DNA from: Lytechinus pictus
Taxonomy: Eukaryota
Direction of reading: 5' to 3'
Assembly (NCBI RefSeq): GCF_037042905.1
Contig: NC_087251.1
Location: forward strand, 41,666,001 to 41,730,000
DNA length: 64,000 nucleotides
Part shown: positions 1 through 14,080 of the stretch, piece after piece
How positions within the stretch are numbered: the stretch's first letter is position 1
Layout of the letters: the number at the start of each line of letters is the position of its first letter
The notes under the pieces: model-generated
The model's database searches: none
The model's input: only the letters and a program-made list of their open reading frames with translations
What the model was told of the DNA's origin: nothing
Made by a program: the position numbers and the translations under genes

Positions 1-728
1 TACTGCATTTTTCTCTTTCCCATCTCAATTAAATCAATGTATGGATATGAATGCATTCCATTGGGGGTTTTCCCCTGCGTTTTCAATAACGCATGTTATT
101 CATATTCTCTGTTTTCTCTTAATTACTTTTGTTTTCGCCTTGAAAATGCGGTGCTGAGATAAAAAGGCGGATACTTTGTTTCCCGAGATCCTAAATCACT
201 TAAACCTAGTATTCCTAGGACGCCATTATCCATCATCTTAGTATTGATATTGTATACTAATGAATGTGAAAAATCATTGCATAAAAATCCTTATTTCCAT
301 CCAGTATACTTAACTCTGAAATTCAATGTTTTTTAATACATTTTAAGAGAGAAAGAAATTGTTTCGAGTTTAGTCAGACTTTTACAAAACATTTTCAGAT
401 CAAAAGTTATTTAAATTGAATCAAACCATTTCAGATGATATTTTAACTGACATTCTACTTGTCAAAGGGTTGATCTGAATGTTACATCGTCCATTCTAAA
501 TAGAATGCTTAATAGTGATGACAATGATAATGATAAATGATAATGATAATAATAGATAATAACTAAGCATGAGTAAGTTCATCACGTTTTGTATATTGAA
601 TTTGTACCACCAAACTCGTCATCGTTATTATAAATATTAATTGGAGAAAGTTACTAAATATTCGAAATTCAATAAAATGGTATACAAAAAGGGTAATTAA
701 CATCTAGTGTCATCGACTTCAGTTCGCA

Positions 729-1698
729 CACTCTTAAATAGTTGGGCAAATATATTTTTAACCAACACTGGTTAACATACTGGCCACACAACACTATTGT
801 TGGGTACTCAGTTTGCTATATGGTTGCTAACCCATGAGGTTTTACCCAACTTTCCAATTGCCCAACATTTGGTTGTATCGACATCAGGCCATTGTCTAAC
901 TCTAGAAAATCAACTTTTGGGCAATTATAGTAGATTAAGTTGGAACTTCCAACTATCAATATTGGGCGATAGTCGTCAAGTTCCAACTAAACCGGAGTAT
1001 CTCATGGAACTTTCTTTTAACTAATTTGAAATACGGGTTCTCTGAAAATTGAACTGCTTAGTCCACGAGTAAACATTATAATAGAAATCACAATATTTTG
1101 GGAACTCTTTAGCCACCAGCTGGGAATATTTTGCATTTGGTGCTGGTTAGTAAATTAAACTAATCTTTTGTGCATGATTAGAAAAGTTATGATCTCGTGC
1201 ATTCCATTACAGAAATTTCTCAAGACTATTGTAAATAAATATTAAGGAAAGCCATGCATTTTATTACAAGTTTAGTTTCTCATTGAATATCAGTATTTAA
1301 TTACAATTTTGCTAATTTCACATGGCACACGACCGATTTCACAAAATGCAAGTGATATAAAATGAACATGTAAAACATAATTGCCAAACTTTCCCCATCT
1401 TTGGTATACGACGAGATGACAAACCCTTATTAGTAAATAATAATGCTGGTCTTGGCAAAATTATACCTTTCTATCTCATATACCCAATGAAATTCACCCA
1501 ACTTTGGGGGAAAGTGTTCTCATCACCATATGGTGTTAGTAAAACATCATCAAATATTTGAGTAAACACAATCGCCCAACAATGGTAAAATAACTGGAAT
1601 GCTCAATTGAGTAAATAATGATTGCCCATAATCATGATATGCATTTTTTTAACCAACCAACAATATACCAACTGAATTAATCCAACTTTTTATGAGTG
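729..1698. mobile_element. Non-autonomous CACTA/EnSpm-like DNA transposon
   Basis: Imperfect TIRs CACTCTTAAATAGTTGG ... CCAACTTTTTATGAGTG, flanked by a 2-bp duplication CA (727-728, 1699-1700). No ORF. CAC...GTG ends with a 2-bp TSD are typical of animal EnSpm-type elements. Confidence 0.6.
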
Positions 1699-2222
1699 CA
1701 CCACTGTTTTGTGAAACCATGCAGATCTTTAGAGTTTGAACTTGTTTTTAATATTCTCCGCCTTAAAATAAGACGGAGGGATAGTAATCCTGTAATCCCG
1801 TACACTGTGTGTTGTCCGTATCGAATTTACACGATCTTCACTTGATATGAAATGACTGTGGACGGGTAAAGGCCTACTAACGGGATCGACGCATTGGAGA
1901 CCGTTCATGAACGCATCATGGTCGCCAAAGAGACCAAGCAATGATTTCTGTAACTACACCGTCCTAAAACAAGACGGAGTTACAACAACCTGTAGAGCGG
2001 ATTAAAAGTGATTACAGGTATGACACGGGCGCGTTGGGTGCTTTTCAATGTCAAATTTAGATCATCTTAACTTGATATGAAATGAGTGATTCCGGGTGTA
2101 GCGTGGACGCATCTGAGATCGATTATGAACGCACTGTGGTCGTATCAGAGGCGAAGGCAATACAGATACTATCTCGACGACCAGCACGTTTTACGCTGTC
2201 AGAGGAACTGGTTGGGATTGAT

Positions 2223-2470
2223 TATTTAGATTTTTAGATTTTATTCATTTTCCGTTCTCAAAGCACAACAAAATCAAAGTAACAATACATAGTCAAATTT
2301 AAAGTACAATATCAATCGGAATATGCGTAAGAATTAGAAGGTATACACGATGAGAACTAATGAGAACTAAAGTAACTTTGACTAATAACTATACATGTAT
2401 AAAACAGAACGGAGGGGCTTGCCAAGAAAAGCAAAGCTTGTATGGGAGGCAAGCCCCTGTATAACTTAGT
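2223..2470 (-). mobile_element. 3' tail fragment of a CR1/L2-group LINE
   Basis: Minus strand shows an 11-bp stem (2413-2423/2448-2458) around a TACAAGC..TTGCTTTT loop, then AATAAA and a short repeat tail. This is the same architecture as the 3' end of the LINE at 54714-54846. Confidence 0.55.
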
Positions 2471-3159
2471 TTCATTACGTAACTTAGAGACAACATTACA
2501 AAACTATAGTATAAAGGACAGACGGAAGACAGTTTAAAAGGAGGCTATACACAATTAAGTTAGGGATCATGGTTGCATTTATGATTGTTATAAAATAATG
2601 TTTCCTCATATTTTCAAGAAAGAGTATTATACCAGAAGACTTCCAATCAGTAGTTTAAATGGAAAAGATTATGATGTCGTGCCCTTAACGCTTTTCAGAG
2701 TAACTTGACAGATTTCTTTGTCCATTTTATGTACATATATAATTATTATGTCAATCCAACACCTTGCACGTTTTGTGGAGCACTTCTGGGTTAAGCGTGT
2801 TCTATTGCTTAGGTATATACCAAGGACCCATAGTCTGTGTGTTTGAACTGATGAACACTCATGAATGTGCATTAAAACACGTTCAGACGATCTTTGTCTA
2901 CCATTCATTAACCATTCATTGGTTAGGTTAGGCAGAGTAAATCTCTGTAAACCGGCTTAGCTCACGTTGATCCCATAAAAGGGTGCTTGGTTCGCCCCCC
3001 CCCCTCTTCAAACCCCCAAGGCTGACCCACTACTTAGTATTCATCAAACATCTTCTTCTGAGAGAGTGAGAGACAAAGAGATGTAGAAATAGAGATATAA
3101 AGAGAGAGAGGGGGGTAAAGATATTAAATAATTTTATGCTTACTCTAAAGCTCCACAAA

Positions 3160-3300
3160 ATTATTATTGTTATTATCATTATTATTTATTATCTTTATTA
3201 TTATTATTATTGTTGTTGTTCTTATTGTTATTATTATTATTATCATCATTATCATTATTATCATCAATATTATTATCATTATTATCATTATTTATCAATA
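3160..3300. repeat. (ATT/ATC/GTT)n compound microsatellite
   Basis: Visible trinucleotide repeat; explains the poly-Y/H/N ORFs in the track. Confidence 0.9.
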
Positions 3301-5020
3301 TTAATCCAGGTATACACTCCAATAGGTTTCTTCGTTCTGCAAATGAGAATTTCTTAACTGTCAAAAAACAAAATTTGTGGGTTCATATAGGTTTTTTTCA
3401 AGCTCTGTTCCCACGTCTCTAGAATTCTCTTCCAGCTTCTCTTTGTTTTATTCCCAATATTACAGTGTTCAGATCCAAATTAAAGACTTATCTCATGAAA
3501 AAAAAGCATGTTCAACATCGCTCCATTTACAGAGACCTTGATATTTTATTTTTTGATATAATAATAATTTCTCATTCACTTTTGGTTGTACATTACAGCG
3601 CTTTGATATGGATTTCATAAAAAGCGTCATATAATAAGACTAAGTTATTATAATCATAATTATTATTACTATTATTATATTATCATCTTCTCATTAATAT
3701 TGCTGTTATTGTTTAAGGACTATATACGCTTTTCCCATAATGTCAAAAAGTGCCTACAATAAGCAAACAAAAAAAAGTTACGAATATAAAATGATATCTT
3801 ACAATCATAGGGGTGTGGTTTCTATGTTTATTTATGTAAATATTTGTAACTGTTTTGATGTTTTGATATTTTTGTAACCATATATTGGTCTGTGAGCAGC
3901 CTTGTTATTTGTTTGCTCTCCCACATTATATATGTTTTTTCTCTCTAATTACTTCTGTAATGATTCACGAATTTCTTTTACGGTCAAAATATTTTGTATA
4001 TTTATTTTGTAAAATTGTGCTTTGTATTCTGATGTTTTGTGATTTCCTATACTGTAATGATGCCAATGACATTTATTTATTTATATACGAATGTGGAAAA
4101 TAAACGTAATGAACTAAAAATAACAACAAAAATCATGAACAATCCTAAAAATCTGGATTTGAAAATAGACAGCAAAACTCAGTTGCTTTGAAATAATATA
4201 AAAAAATGATTGGAAAAAGGTTGTAATCATATACGATTCGGACGGTAGTGGCTGTATTTTTTAACCATTACAACAAGCACCGCGACGTTTCCCTCAGTGC
4301 CTAAAGAGTTTTAAATTGCGATGCATCCTTTTTGTAATTCATGTCTTTTTGGAGACTAAAAATAATGTGCGTGAATGTTTTACATTCCACCTCCTCTCAT
4401 TCCTGCAGTATGTGTTTTCAGTTTGATTTCTTTATCTCGACTTCTATAAATGCTTGGTGCCCTCCAATTTATGATAATGAAGGTAGATGAAGTAGCAATG
4501 AAAGATATCTATCATTTTGAATCTTTGATTTGATGAATATCTCGAGGATAATCCCTCTCATCTTCGTCTTGATCAAACTCAACATGACTTCTCCCGTACT
4601 TTATCCCGACCCGGTTTCACAAAGTATAATCATTATGGGTACGATAATCCCTGAAATAAGACTGATACTCCGCCAGGGGTGTCCTACTCGTATTGTTTCA
4701 TTTGTATGGTTTTGTATTTTTCGACATATACATACATAGTCGAAAGAACAAAACCATACAGACCATTATTGTTTCAATACACACGACGCTCTGAAATGGT
4801 GTAAAAGCAACATTATTTGAGACAAAAATAATTCATTATTTTGAACACGATAAGACTGTATCTACTTGTTTGGCAGTACCGTATTAGGAGGGGTATTATA
4901 TTATTGTACAATTCTTAAACAAAAATTGAATGAAATCAAATAACTTAATACCTTACCAATCTCACCTGTCATATCAACGTATATCTGGATCCCTTCAGAA
5001 GACCAGTCACTTTGGCTTAA

Positions 5021-5377
5021 AGTGATTGGTTAACATTGGTTTGACTTGTCACACTTGTCACCTGTGTCTGTGATATGTTACAAAAATGAAGCCCAGAAAA
5101 AATTGCGTTCGAAAATAATTATTTAGTGCTTCAAAAATTTAAATATAAAGTGACCGAAAACACCATCTTAATTTCATCCCATACACTTATGTGTACTATT
5201 TAGGCGTCTATAAGACGCCTATTTACAAAATCGGGGTTTGCCTTGTAGTTTTAGCTTTTCATTCTCAATAATGGTTGTTTTCAGGGTTTATTAGTTCTAA
5301 TACATGCACTTGTACACATGTTTCATCTTGGTTTGAGAATTTTTTAAATCGGCTGCTCACAAAGTTAAACAATACCT
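5021..5377. mobile_element. TTAA-targeting MITE (Kolobok-like ends)
   Basis: TTAA at 5017-5020 and 5378-5381; imperfect TIR AGTGATTGGTTAAC / GTTAAACAATACCT (RR...YY termini). Confidence 0.65.
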
Positions 5378-6094
5378 TTAAGTTTCAGCCCATTTGTGGA
5401 CAATCAATTAAAAAAAGTTGGACTTGCTCGTAATCCTAAAAAATAATGCTATGGCAAGAATTCAAAAACTCATCCTCTCATTGCGTCATTGTACAGTGTG
5501 GTCAATTTGCTATTAATTTTATAATTGAAAATATGTCGAGTAATCATCATGAGACATTCAATAATATATGCTGTGTTTGATTTTACTGGAAATTGTAAGC
5601 AGGTTATTCTTTGGTGTTCATGATTCCATTTTCAATTTTACGTTTGAATGTGCCGTTTAAATAGTTTTCTTCCATAAATTACACATCGACTATGACAGTT
5701 TTCTCTACTTTCATAGTTCATACATGACTTTATATTACCTTAGCCTTACGTCCGCCGCGGCGCGCCGTTTGCCTGATGTTTCCGTCCCGTTATCATTGCA
5801 CTGTCTCCTAGTGTTGAAAATCGTTCCTTGCAGACGATACGACATTAGTCGCCTCAATAATAATATGTGTGAAGTGCGTTCCCGCCAATGGGATTAGAGC
5901 CGCCGCGAGATTTTCAATTTGACACGGAGTGTGATGCTAACCTAAAGAGGGAGAGAGTAGGGAGCGGGTCTTCGTAAAACTCGTTTAATCACATTCCAAT
6001 GGGCACTGAGACTCAATCAGTTAACATCAAGAGTAGATTCAAGGTTTACATTGTTGAGTTATATATTATATATAAATAATATAAGGTGTTTCTC

Positions 6095-6360
6095 TACTAC
6101 TTCATCCTCCTCCTCCTCTTCTTCTTTTTCCACCTCCTCCTACTTCTCTTCTTCTTCTCCTTCTTCTTCTCCTCCCTCTTCTTCGTCCTCCTCTTCTTCT
6201 TCATTTCTTCTTCTTTCTTCATTTTCTTTTTCTCTTTCCTCTTTTTCTTCTTTTTTCCTTTGTCTTCTTTTTCTTCTTCTCCCTCTCCTTCTTCTCCTTC
6301 TTCTTCATCATCATCTTCATCATCATCATCTTCTTCTTTGTCTTCTTTACCTTCTTATTC
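6095..6360. repeat. (TTC/TCC/ATC)n polypyrimidine microsatellite
   Basis: About 260 bp of near-pure pyrimidine trinucleotide repeat. Confidence 0.9.
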
Positions 6361-9119
6361 TCTGGCTAAATTGAGATGATGTTAATATTGCCATCGATAA
6401 TGGTACATTCAAATCTGAAAATTATCGAACGCTGTCAAAAGAAAATAAATGAGCTTGCCTATCAATGCTTAATTGTGTATGCTCTTGTTATTGTACTAAT
6501 ACTACAAAAGATGTATGCATGGGATACTTTTTTATTCCTAAATTTGACCTCTACATAATCTCCCTTTTTCACGTTGAGAAAAACCAACCGAATTCATATC
6601 TTCGCTTGCAATCGTACGCATATACTCAGTATTTTCTCCTGAGACGTATAGAATGGAATTTCTAGAAATCAGACTTCGTCTCTTTTTACGCTCTACTTGG
6701 CTAAAGCTAAAAGGGCTCACCATCTCGCCCCTGAAAAAGGAGAATAATATTTTGAAAAATCCAAACACAATATTCACAAACAGAAGTACATGGGGGTTAT
6801 CATGCAATAAATAAAATAAGGTGGGAGTAAGTGAGATAGAATAGAAGATAGAGGCGTAGCTATCTATCTTAAAAATCTTGCCCCCATTCTTATCTTTCCC
6901 CCTCCCCCTCCCATCTCCCAATCTCAATCGTACTGGCCCCGAGTGGCCAGCCCGCTACCACCGGGTGAGTGAACTTTCAACGGTGCGCTAAATATTAATA
7001 GGATCACTGCTAGGTGGATTAGACGGCCTCTGAGTTTTCCCGAACTATTTCCACTTGGTTGTGAGCCATTCTAGAAATTCAACTAGATAGCTTTCACTTC
7101 AATTCGCCCTTTCCCCTGCGGGTCAGACACTATTAGGCAAATCAACTTTTTCTTCTTCTTCTATACCGGGAGCAGAGTCCAAGATTAAATTAATCACTTT
7201 GACGGCGTTGGATGTTCATTATCACATTTTATATCATGAATACTGAACCAATAAACTTTGAAGAGCCAGTATTAATACACACCTCTCACTAACATTTTGT
7301 AAAAGGATACGATAATCATCATGGAAATTGTGGTAGTAGGCATATATACCCCCCCCCCCTCACTCGGAATGTAGTGGAAATCAAATCTTCCATATCTGTG
7401 AATAAGACAATAATGGACCATAGAACCTAATGAATAGCTCGATCAAAATAGTACAGCGACCTAGTCCATTTATTGAAACAAATAAAATTCAAATGATATT
7501 TGACCATTCTTTGTTTTTTAAAAGGAAAGAGAAAACATCGGTTTAAATTTATTTCATTTTTAGGCAATGATAAATGAATATCAATCCACACTTTAAAAGG
7601 GTTCGAATCCTAACTCGGAATTTTAGAAGATATTGCCCATATTTTCTCATTCTCTTCTGTGATGTTAGAGTATCTGAGAGAACTATTTAAGTAAAAGTAT
7701 TTTGGGGGTACTAATTAAGAGGGCATATTGAAGTAATGAACTCAATATTCCCTTGTTCGTAGATTTTTTAATCACCTTATTTTCTTCTTTGAAAATGGTA
7801 TAAACATAAGTCGTTGAACAAAAAGAAATGTTTGAAATTATCTCAACGAATCTGAACAAGTTGCTTCTTAAAACCACCTTCTTTTTTCTCCCTTGTGGGA
7901 ATATATTACACTTTATTTGTATCTGAAATCTTTTATTATATTAAAAAAAATAGGTTTTAAAGTATCTACATTATCTCATATCGACTTGGATTCTCAAATA
8001 ATATTCTCATGATTTTGGTTTTATTTTATTTCATTTCCCGGGGGATCATCGCTGTTATCATTATCATGACCGATATGTTACCATTATGATCATCCTTCAT
8101 ATTTTACCGTTATCATGTTTTTTAATCACTATCATCATTAATCATTATCATTATTGGTGGTTTAATCATCATAAAAGATAATATTAATAATAGCCAAGAA
8201 ATCGTCACATTTTTTACAATGATTTGTCATAAACATTAAAGAGTAAATAAAATCGTGTGGTGCAAAGTTTGAAACAGATAGCAGAATTTCATTGAATTTT
8301 TTTTATTTTTTTTTAAATCATACATTTTATAATTATAATCCTATTACTTTTCCATCATGGCGACCATATTTATATAGATACAATATAGGATAGAGTCGCG
8401 TGCGACCACTCGACTTAATCAATGTTTATTTTTGTTATTACTAAACATGTAATAACCATCCACTCCAGATACATATCTGAGGAGTGTAAACCGGTAGCCG
8501 ACCTGTGTTAAGATCTTATTTACACCGGGTCAAGTAGGAAATACTTTATACTAAAAGAGTATTCATATCGAGTCAATATTGAAATGAAAGTGATAGTCGG
8601 GAATGGGTAATGTTTGTTCATTGCCACTAAGTATACAAATCGGTAGGTTCTGATTGATTCCTTGCGAAAAACTCAATAAGAAATCAAATTTATACCGTTC
8701 TAAGTTTATTACTGATAACACTATTCGTGCAATTTTACTATTATAGCTACACTTACGCGTGGTTCGCCATGATAATGATGTCACCCAGCACTGTAATAGT
8801 ATTATGGCGCGTCAAAATATTTGTCGCACTCGGTAGTCCTTAATTCACTCTCAAATTAAAAACATTCTAAAGTTAGAGTGTATTATATGATTATCTTCAT
8901 TTTTGAATGGGTGGGTCATACCTCTAATGACACGATGTAAGGTCGATATTTTATTCTTAAACCAAGTTGTCGAGAAAGGAAAAAAAACGAACAAATTACT
9001 GAAGTTCAAATGCTTCCTCCAAACTGGACATCCACAGGAATTACGGGGATTTATAGAATACAGGAATACATCAAACACCTATCAAATAATTGTTTTTACT
9101 TTATCTACAGCTTTGTTTA

Positions 9120-9282
9120 GGAATGAAAGTTGACAACTCTGATAAATTGTCAGCGCTGACAATTTCAGTGAAATCCTTGATTTTGATTGGCTAAGAAGCA
9201 CTGGTATATGGCTGTTACCATAGTAACTGTCGGAGTTGACAATTTGGTCAGTGCTGACAATTTTCGTGAAAGACCCTCCAGG
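9120..9282. mobile_element. Degenerate palindromic MITE-like remnant
   Basis: Two copies of the self-complementary motif (TT)GTCAG(C/T)GCTGACAATTT around a central GATTGGCT...GTTACCATAGTAAC core. One end is eroded. Confidence 0.4.
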
Positions 9283-9789
9283 ACGATCCATGTGCCTTCA
9301 AGTCAACCCAGTGATATACTTTTTTCCCCAAAAAACATTTTCCTTGTCATTAACCGAAGGCAGACTATTATATCATCATTTTCTTTTGTGACATTTCTTT
9401 TTGCCATTGTTCTTTATAATAATTTTTGCTAGCTTTTTTAAATGTGTTAAATTACAACGTGTCTTTATGAGTTATTTCGGAGTAAACTTCACGGTATTTT
9501 CTATGTAATGTTTGTAATTGTTTATTATGTTTGAATAGCTTTGACATTGTTTTTACCCATATTCAGTGTCGTTTCTTAATCTTCGATTTGTATTATTCAA
9601 ATTGTATTATGTTTCGTTAGTAAATTTGAATGTATCTATGAAAAGCTTTATGAAACGGCCCCTGCTCTATTATCTTTCTTTATTTCTTTTTCCTGTTATT
9701 TCCATATCCCCTGTGGCGGTATATTTTTCTTGTTCTTTTTTCTGCTGTTCTCTGTCCTCTGTGTCCGTCTTCGTAGGCAATTCTACAAA

Positions 9790-10044
9790 AATCATTTAGA
9801 GGGGTCCACACACTACAAGATTTGCTTTTTAGTGGATCCCTCCATTTCCTCAGATCTTTATATAATGTTTATGATAATTTGCTTATATCTATTGCTTTCT
9901 TTTACCTATGGAAAAAATATGATATACTGTACATACATTAATTTACATTGTTTGTATAAATTTCATTTGCAATTGTCATTGTAATTATTTTTCGACCATT
10001 TTACTTTGTTCTGTTGAAAATGAAATAAAACAAATTGAATTGAA
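9790..10044 (+). mobile_element. 3' tail fragment of a CR1/L2-group LINE
   Basis: Stem GAGGGGTCCAC/GTGGATCCCTC around a TACAAGATTTGCTTTTT loop, ending in AATAAAACAAATTGAATTGAA like the LINE end at 54826-54846. Confidence 0.6.
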
Positions 10045-10919
10045 TACAAGTGTAGGCAGGGTTGAAACCTTTGGGCTTCAGTAATTTGTTTTAATTTCTC
10101 TTTTGTATGCAAGTATATATAAAGTAAATCATACAACATAATTTATAATCATAATTTTCAATGTAAATGAAATGATCAAGAAGTTTCCAATGCCAGATAA
10201 CTCTCGCCTATATTTACCAAAATATCATTTATTTTCCGTGAAGTATGAATACATTATTAGAGATATTCATTTTGTTCTAAAATGTTATGAGATGATATAT
10301 TTCATTTCAGAAAACAAGTGTTTGTATTCAAGGAGCCTTGGAAAGGAAAATAACTTATAGGTCTTCTTCCTTCTTAAAATCATGATAAAACACCACAGGT
10401 TCATTATCCTAACTTGGTTCTTACTTTATGTCACATGCTTAAAATAGGTAAAGATTATGTAAGGTATTTTGTCCTAGAAAAGGAAATGAAGATGTACGTC
10501 TTCGTGTGACGTTGTTTGATAGAAATAACCTCAAGTTATTGAAGAGGGTGGTTCTACAGAGTGATCTAACTATAACGATTCTTCAGATGGAGGACATAGG
10601 TCTTGATAGTTGTGGCTTGAATGAAACCTGACCAGTCTGACGCCAATGATTCATTTTCTTTCTTTTTGACGCATCTTCTGGACATCATGTCTACTGGTTT
10701 TTGTGATTAGCACCAAGAACGAGTCACAGGGAGAATAGGAAGACATATGATTGCAAAGATCAGCGGATCGAGCGCATCAATCGCGTTAGCATCCGCTTAA
10801 AAAAAAAGAAATAAAGAACATTTTCGTCTCTATACTGTCGTTGAATGCGATTGAACGCCATTCGGACGGTAGAGCTCGCGAAAGAATCGGGAACCGCGCA
10901 CAACCACTTAACTTAGCAT

Positions 10920-11160
10920 CATCAGTATTGGCAGATATGAGTCACGTGACCAAACACTGTGAGACCGTCTGTGATTGGTCAATAGAAATCCAGTGAGAAT
11001 GAAAGGAAGTCGGTCAAAGAATGGCTCTTGTACTTCTAAACGCATGACGTCGTCATAAACTTCTCTTTCTCTCTCTCCCTCCCCCTCTCTCGGTCTTCTG
11101 CCGGGGATTTTTACTGTCATTTTTTTTCTGTCAGGCGCTGGTATGTATAAGCAGTGAGAG
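10920..11160 (+). promoter_or_regulatory. Candidate promoter for the Otx beta-type transcript
   Basis: Two ATTGG (inverted CCAAT) boxes at 10927 and 10974, TGAGTCA (10938-10944) overlapping the perfect palindrome GTCACGTGAC (10941-10950), TGACGTC at 11045, a CT tract and TATAAG at 11146. Lies about 650 bp upstream of the beta ATG. TSS is inferred, not observed. Confidence 0.55.
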
Positions 11161-11795
11161 CTTCAGGCACCAGACTTGACCGCTACTAGCTGCTTGGCCA
11201 GCACAAACCCGATTTTACTCTCCGACTATCCGCTAATATTAATACCTGATTTAATCCGAGTATGTGCGCTTAACTAGTAATCTCATAACGTCTGTTGAAC
11301 ATCGTATAATTATCATCAGCTTATCCTATCGTACTTGTCGTTCAGTTGCATTTTAGGAACGTCGTTGGATAATTTTGCAATTTTTTTGTCTGCTCATTGT
11401 TTTAGTAAGATTTGCAATTTGACACTTATCTTGTAAAGATACCAACACCTGCTAAGCTTCTCTAACTTCAAGTATAGAACAGAAATCATCTTTGTGAAGA
11501 TTCTAGAAAAGAGAATTTGTGAATAACCAGTACACTGGAAAGGCATTCCAAACCAGATATTTTCACCACTCCTAAAATCTTTACTGCTACGTTTTAACGG
11601 AGAAGAAACACCTTCTTACGATCTCTAAGCGATAAAGTGAAGTTACATCCAGACAGCTTTGGAAGCAGTTTTCTGGAGATTGTTCTCATCACGGATTCTT
11701 ATCCTATTTTTCAGTTCGTGAGGCGGATAGACCCTACAGCCGCCAAGCTGGATCACTCAACACTGACGGGTCCCCGGACCTTCCCGGTAGCGAGC

Positions 11796-11940
11796 ATGGC
11801 GTACACGATCCCGCCTGTCCCGCCGCATCACCATCACCATCAGAACAAAATGAACGCACTCGGTGGGGCGTACTCGGTCAACGGGCGTTCGCTGGCGTCA
11901 CCAAACGTTGAACTCATGCATCCAGCCATGTCCTACCCAA
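11796..11940 (+). CDS. Otx: Otx beta-type alternative first coding exon (MAYTIPPVPPHHHHHQNKMNALGGAYSVNGRSLASPNVELMHPAMSYP)
   Basis: N-terminus resembles deuterostome Otx (YSVNG..L...LMHP..YP). GTAAGT donor at 11941 in phase 1 joins 23797 in frame to give ...[16 protein letters not shown]. Confidence 0.92.
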
Positions 11941-13819
11941 GTAAGTCCAATAGTTATAATTTTGTACTCCTTATCATATTTTCACATGTATGTTTTAGTC
12001 ATCAATCCGAAGACCAAAATGAAAATGATACTTCATTAAAAATAGTAATAATATTAATGAAGCATTTTTTGTATAGAGCTCAAAATACATATGCCAAATT
12101 GCATGTCTCTAACATGTCTAAGCGCTTTTTACATTATTGTTTACAAAATTCTTAATAAATGGGTTTCAACTCTTTCTAAATTGTTCATGAATTATGTTGG
12201 TATATTCCTAAGGTATTCTGGCAGATTATTCCATGAAACAGCGGCTGCATACGGAAACGATCTTTCCTTATGTGGCCTGTATACTTGTGACTTTTTTTAC
12301 TTGAACAAAGCATTCTTTCTGGTTTATATGTTATTAACAATTTCAGTGAGATGCAATGGAGCAAACGGCATGATGGGTACTTTATTTTGGGGTAAGATAA
12401 AAAATTAATGATATATTCTCATCCGGCAGAAATGAATATTTTGATAGTACGACCTATAACTTGTATCAGTTTATGATTATTTTTGGCGTCCTCAATATTG
12501 GACAGATATCGTGTCGGTTATTAAAATATCGGTATTAATCATAAAAACTTTGACAACGATCTTATATTAAAGAGAAAAATAGCCTTTATAGGTTAATTTC
12601 AACCTAGTTAAGTTTACCTTTAATCGGTGTATACTATATTTCACTTATATCATATTTCCCTTCTATTCAGTATATAATTACAATAATTTGTCTAAACGTT
12701 TCTTGTCTCTCATGGGAAATAGGGAATACGCTGTTGTCAATATTCCTGGATTTTAGAATATTGATAAATAACTATATTAATCTTACAAAATTGAAACTTG
12801 TTGTCGAACGGTAGGAAACAATAACGATGATCACATTTTGAGAGTGAATAAAAGAGAATGGTAGTTGAATTAGGTTTATCGAAAAGTCAAGATACAAATT
12901 ACAATGCAGAATTATATGAACACCCTTTTCAAGGTTGCGGAATTAATAATTATTTGATTTTAAATCCTCTTCAGAACCAAATCAATTGACTATGCGATTT
13001 TATAAGTGAAAACACTTTATTGATTGATTTCAACCGAGTAAATTTTTTTACCCTTTATCAATGTGCTTTATTCATTTTTATGCAATTGGACGTACATACG
13101 TAATTATACAATGTGACAGCATGAAAAGATTGGTTTCTAGAAAAATTAATAACCACATATTGCGTACAGTCGCTTACTGATATTCAGCCTATGTTTTGAT
13201 GATTTTTTTCCAGGAAATTATGTAGGTAAATTTCACTTTAATGAACATGCATATTCCATTCTTTATGTTCTTTATCAAACATGCACAAAAACATAATACG
13301 TCGTGAAGGTCCAACTGTTGTGTTTATTATAGGTTGCCGATTAATAAATATGATTTTGATATGATCAGATAAATATTCGTCTGAATAATATAACATGGAA
13401 GTTGTGTCGATATCTTCCTTTTTTGATTCGGTATGCGGCTATTTGTAAGGAGCACTGTACTACTTACTATGTAAATACAACCTTTTTTGTTGATTCAAAT
13501 CATTATCATTAAGACGCTTAAATTCGTGGTATATAGAGTCTAGGCCAAGAGAGGGCATCTCGTATAGGGCAGTGCAAACTTAACAAGTTATATTATCTTT
13601 GGACCAATCACAGAAACCAAACTCTTAGATTACTGATGGGTACCAGACTCATTTTATTTCATTGATAAATAGTTTTTATTTGATTGATTTGCTGATGGTG
13701 AGAGACACCCTTTTCAAAATTGGGGGACTAGAACGAGATTGACGCCATTGCAGTATTGGTCGATGTTATACTGTCAAACTAGATGAGTCGTTTAGAAAAA
13801 GAAATTTATCAATCAGAAC

Positions 13820-13929
13820 TATTATGTTATCATTATATTGATTATGAATAATAATATAATTGTTATTATTATCATTATAATTGTTAATATCATTATTATT
13901 ATTATTATCATTATTATGATTATTATTAT

Positions 13930-13968
<39 letters not shown>

Positions 13969-14080
13969 GTCCAGTAGTGGTATAGTAGCAGTAGACGTAG
14001 CAGTAGTAATAGTAGTAGTAGTAGTAGTAGTAGTATATTATTGATATAATTATCATCATCATCATCATTATCATTATTTT
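13820..14080. repeat. (ATT)n/(AGT)n/(ATC)n compound microsatellite
   Basis: Visible trinucleotide arrays. Confidence 0.9.

Noticed and set aside
1755..2150. Diverged direct repeat (ATCTT(C/A)ACTTGATATGAAATGA twice) as a structured RNA gene
   Set aside because: No tRNA, snRNA or rRNA hallmarks; more simply an old repeat fragment.
11121..11146. 6-nt microexon (TTTCTGTCAG|GCGCTG|GTATGT)
   Set aside because: It overlaps the TATA-like promoter region, has no supporting frame, and is likely chance without transcript evidence.
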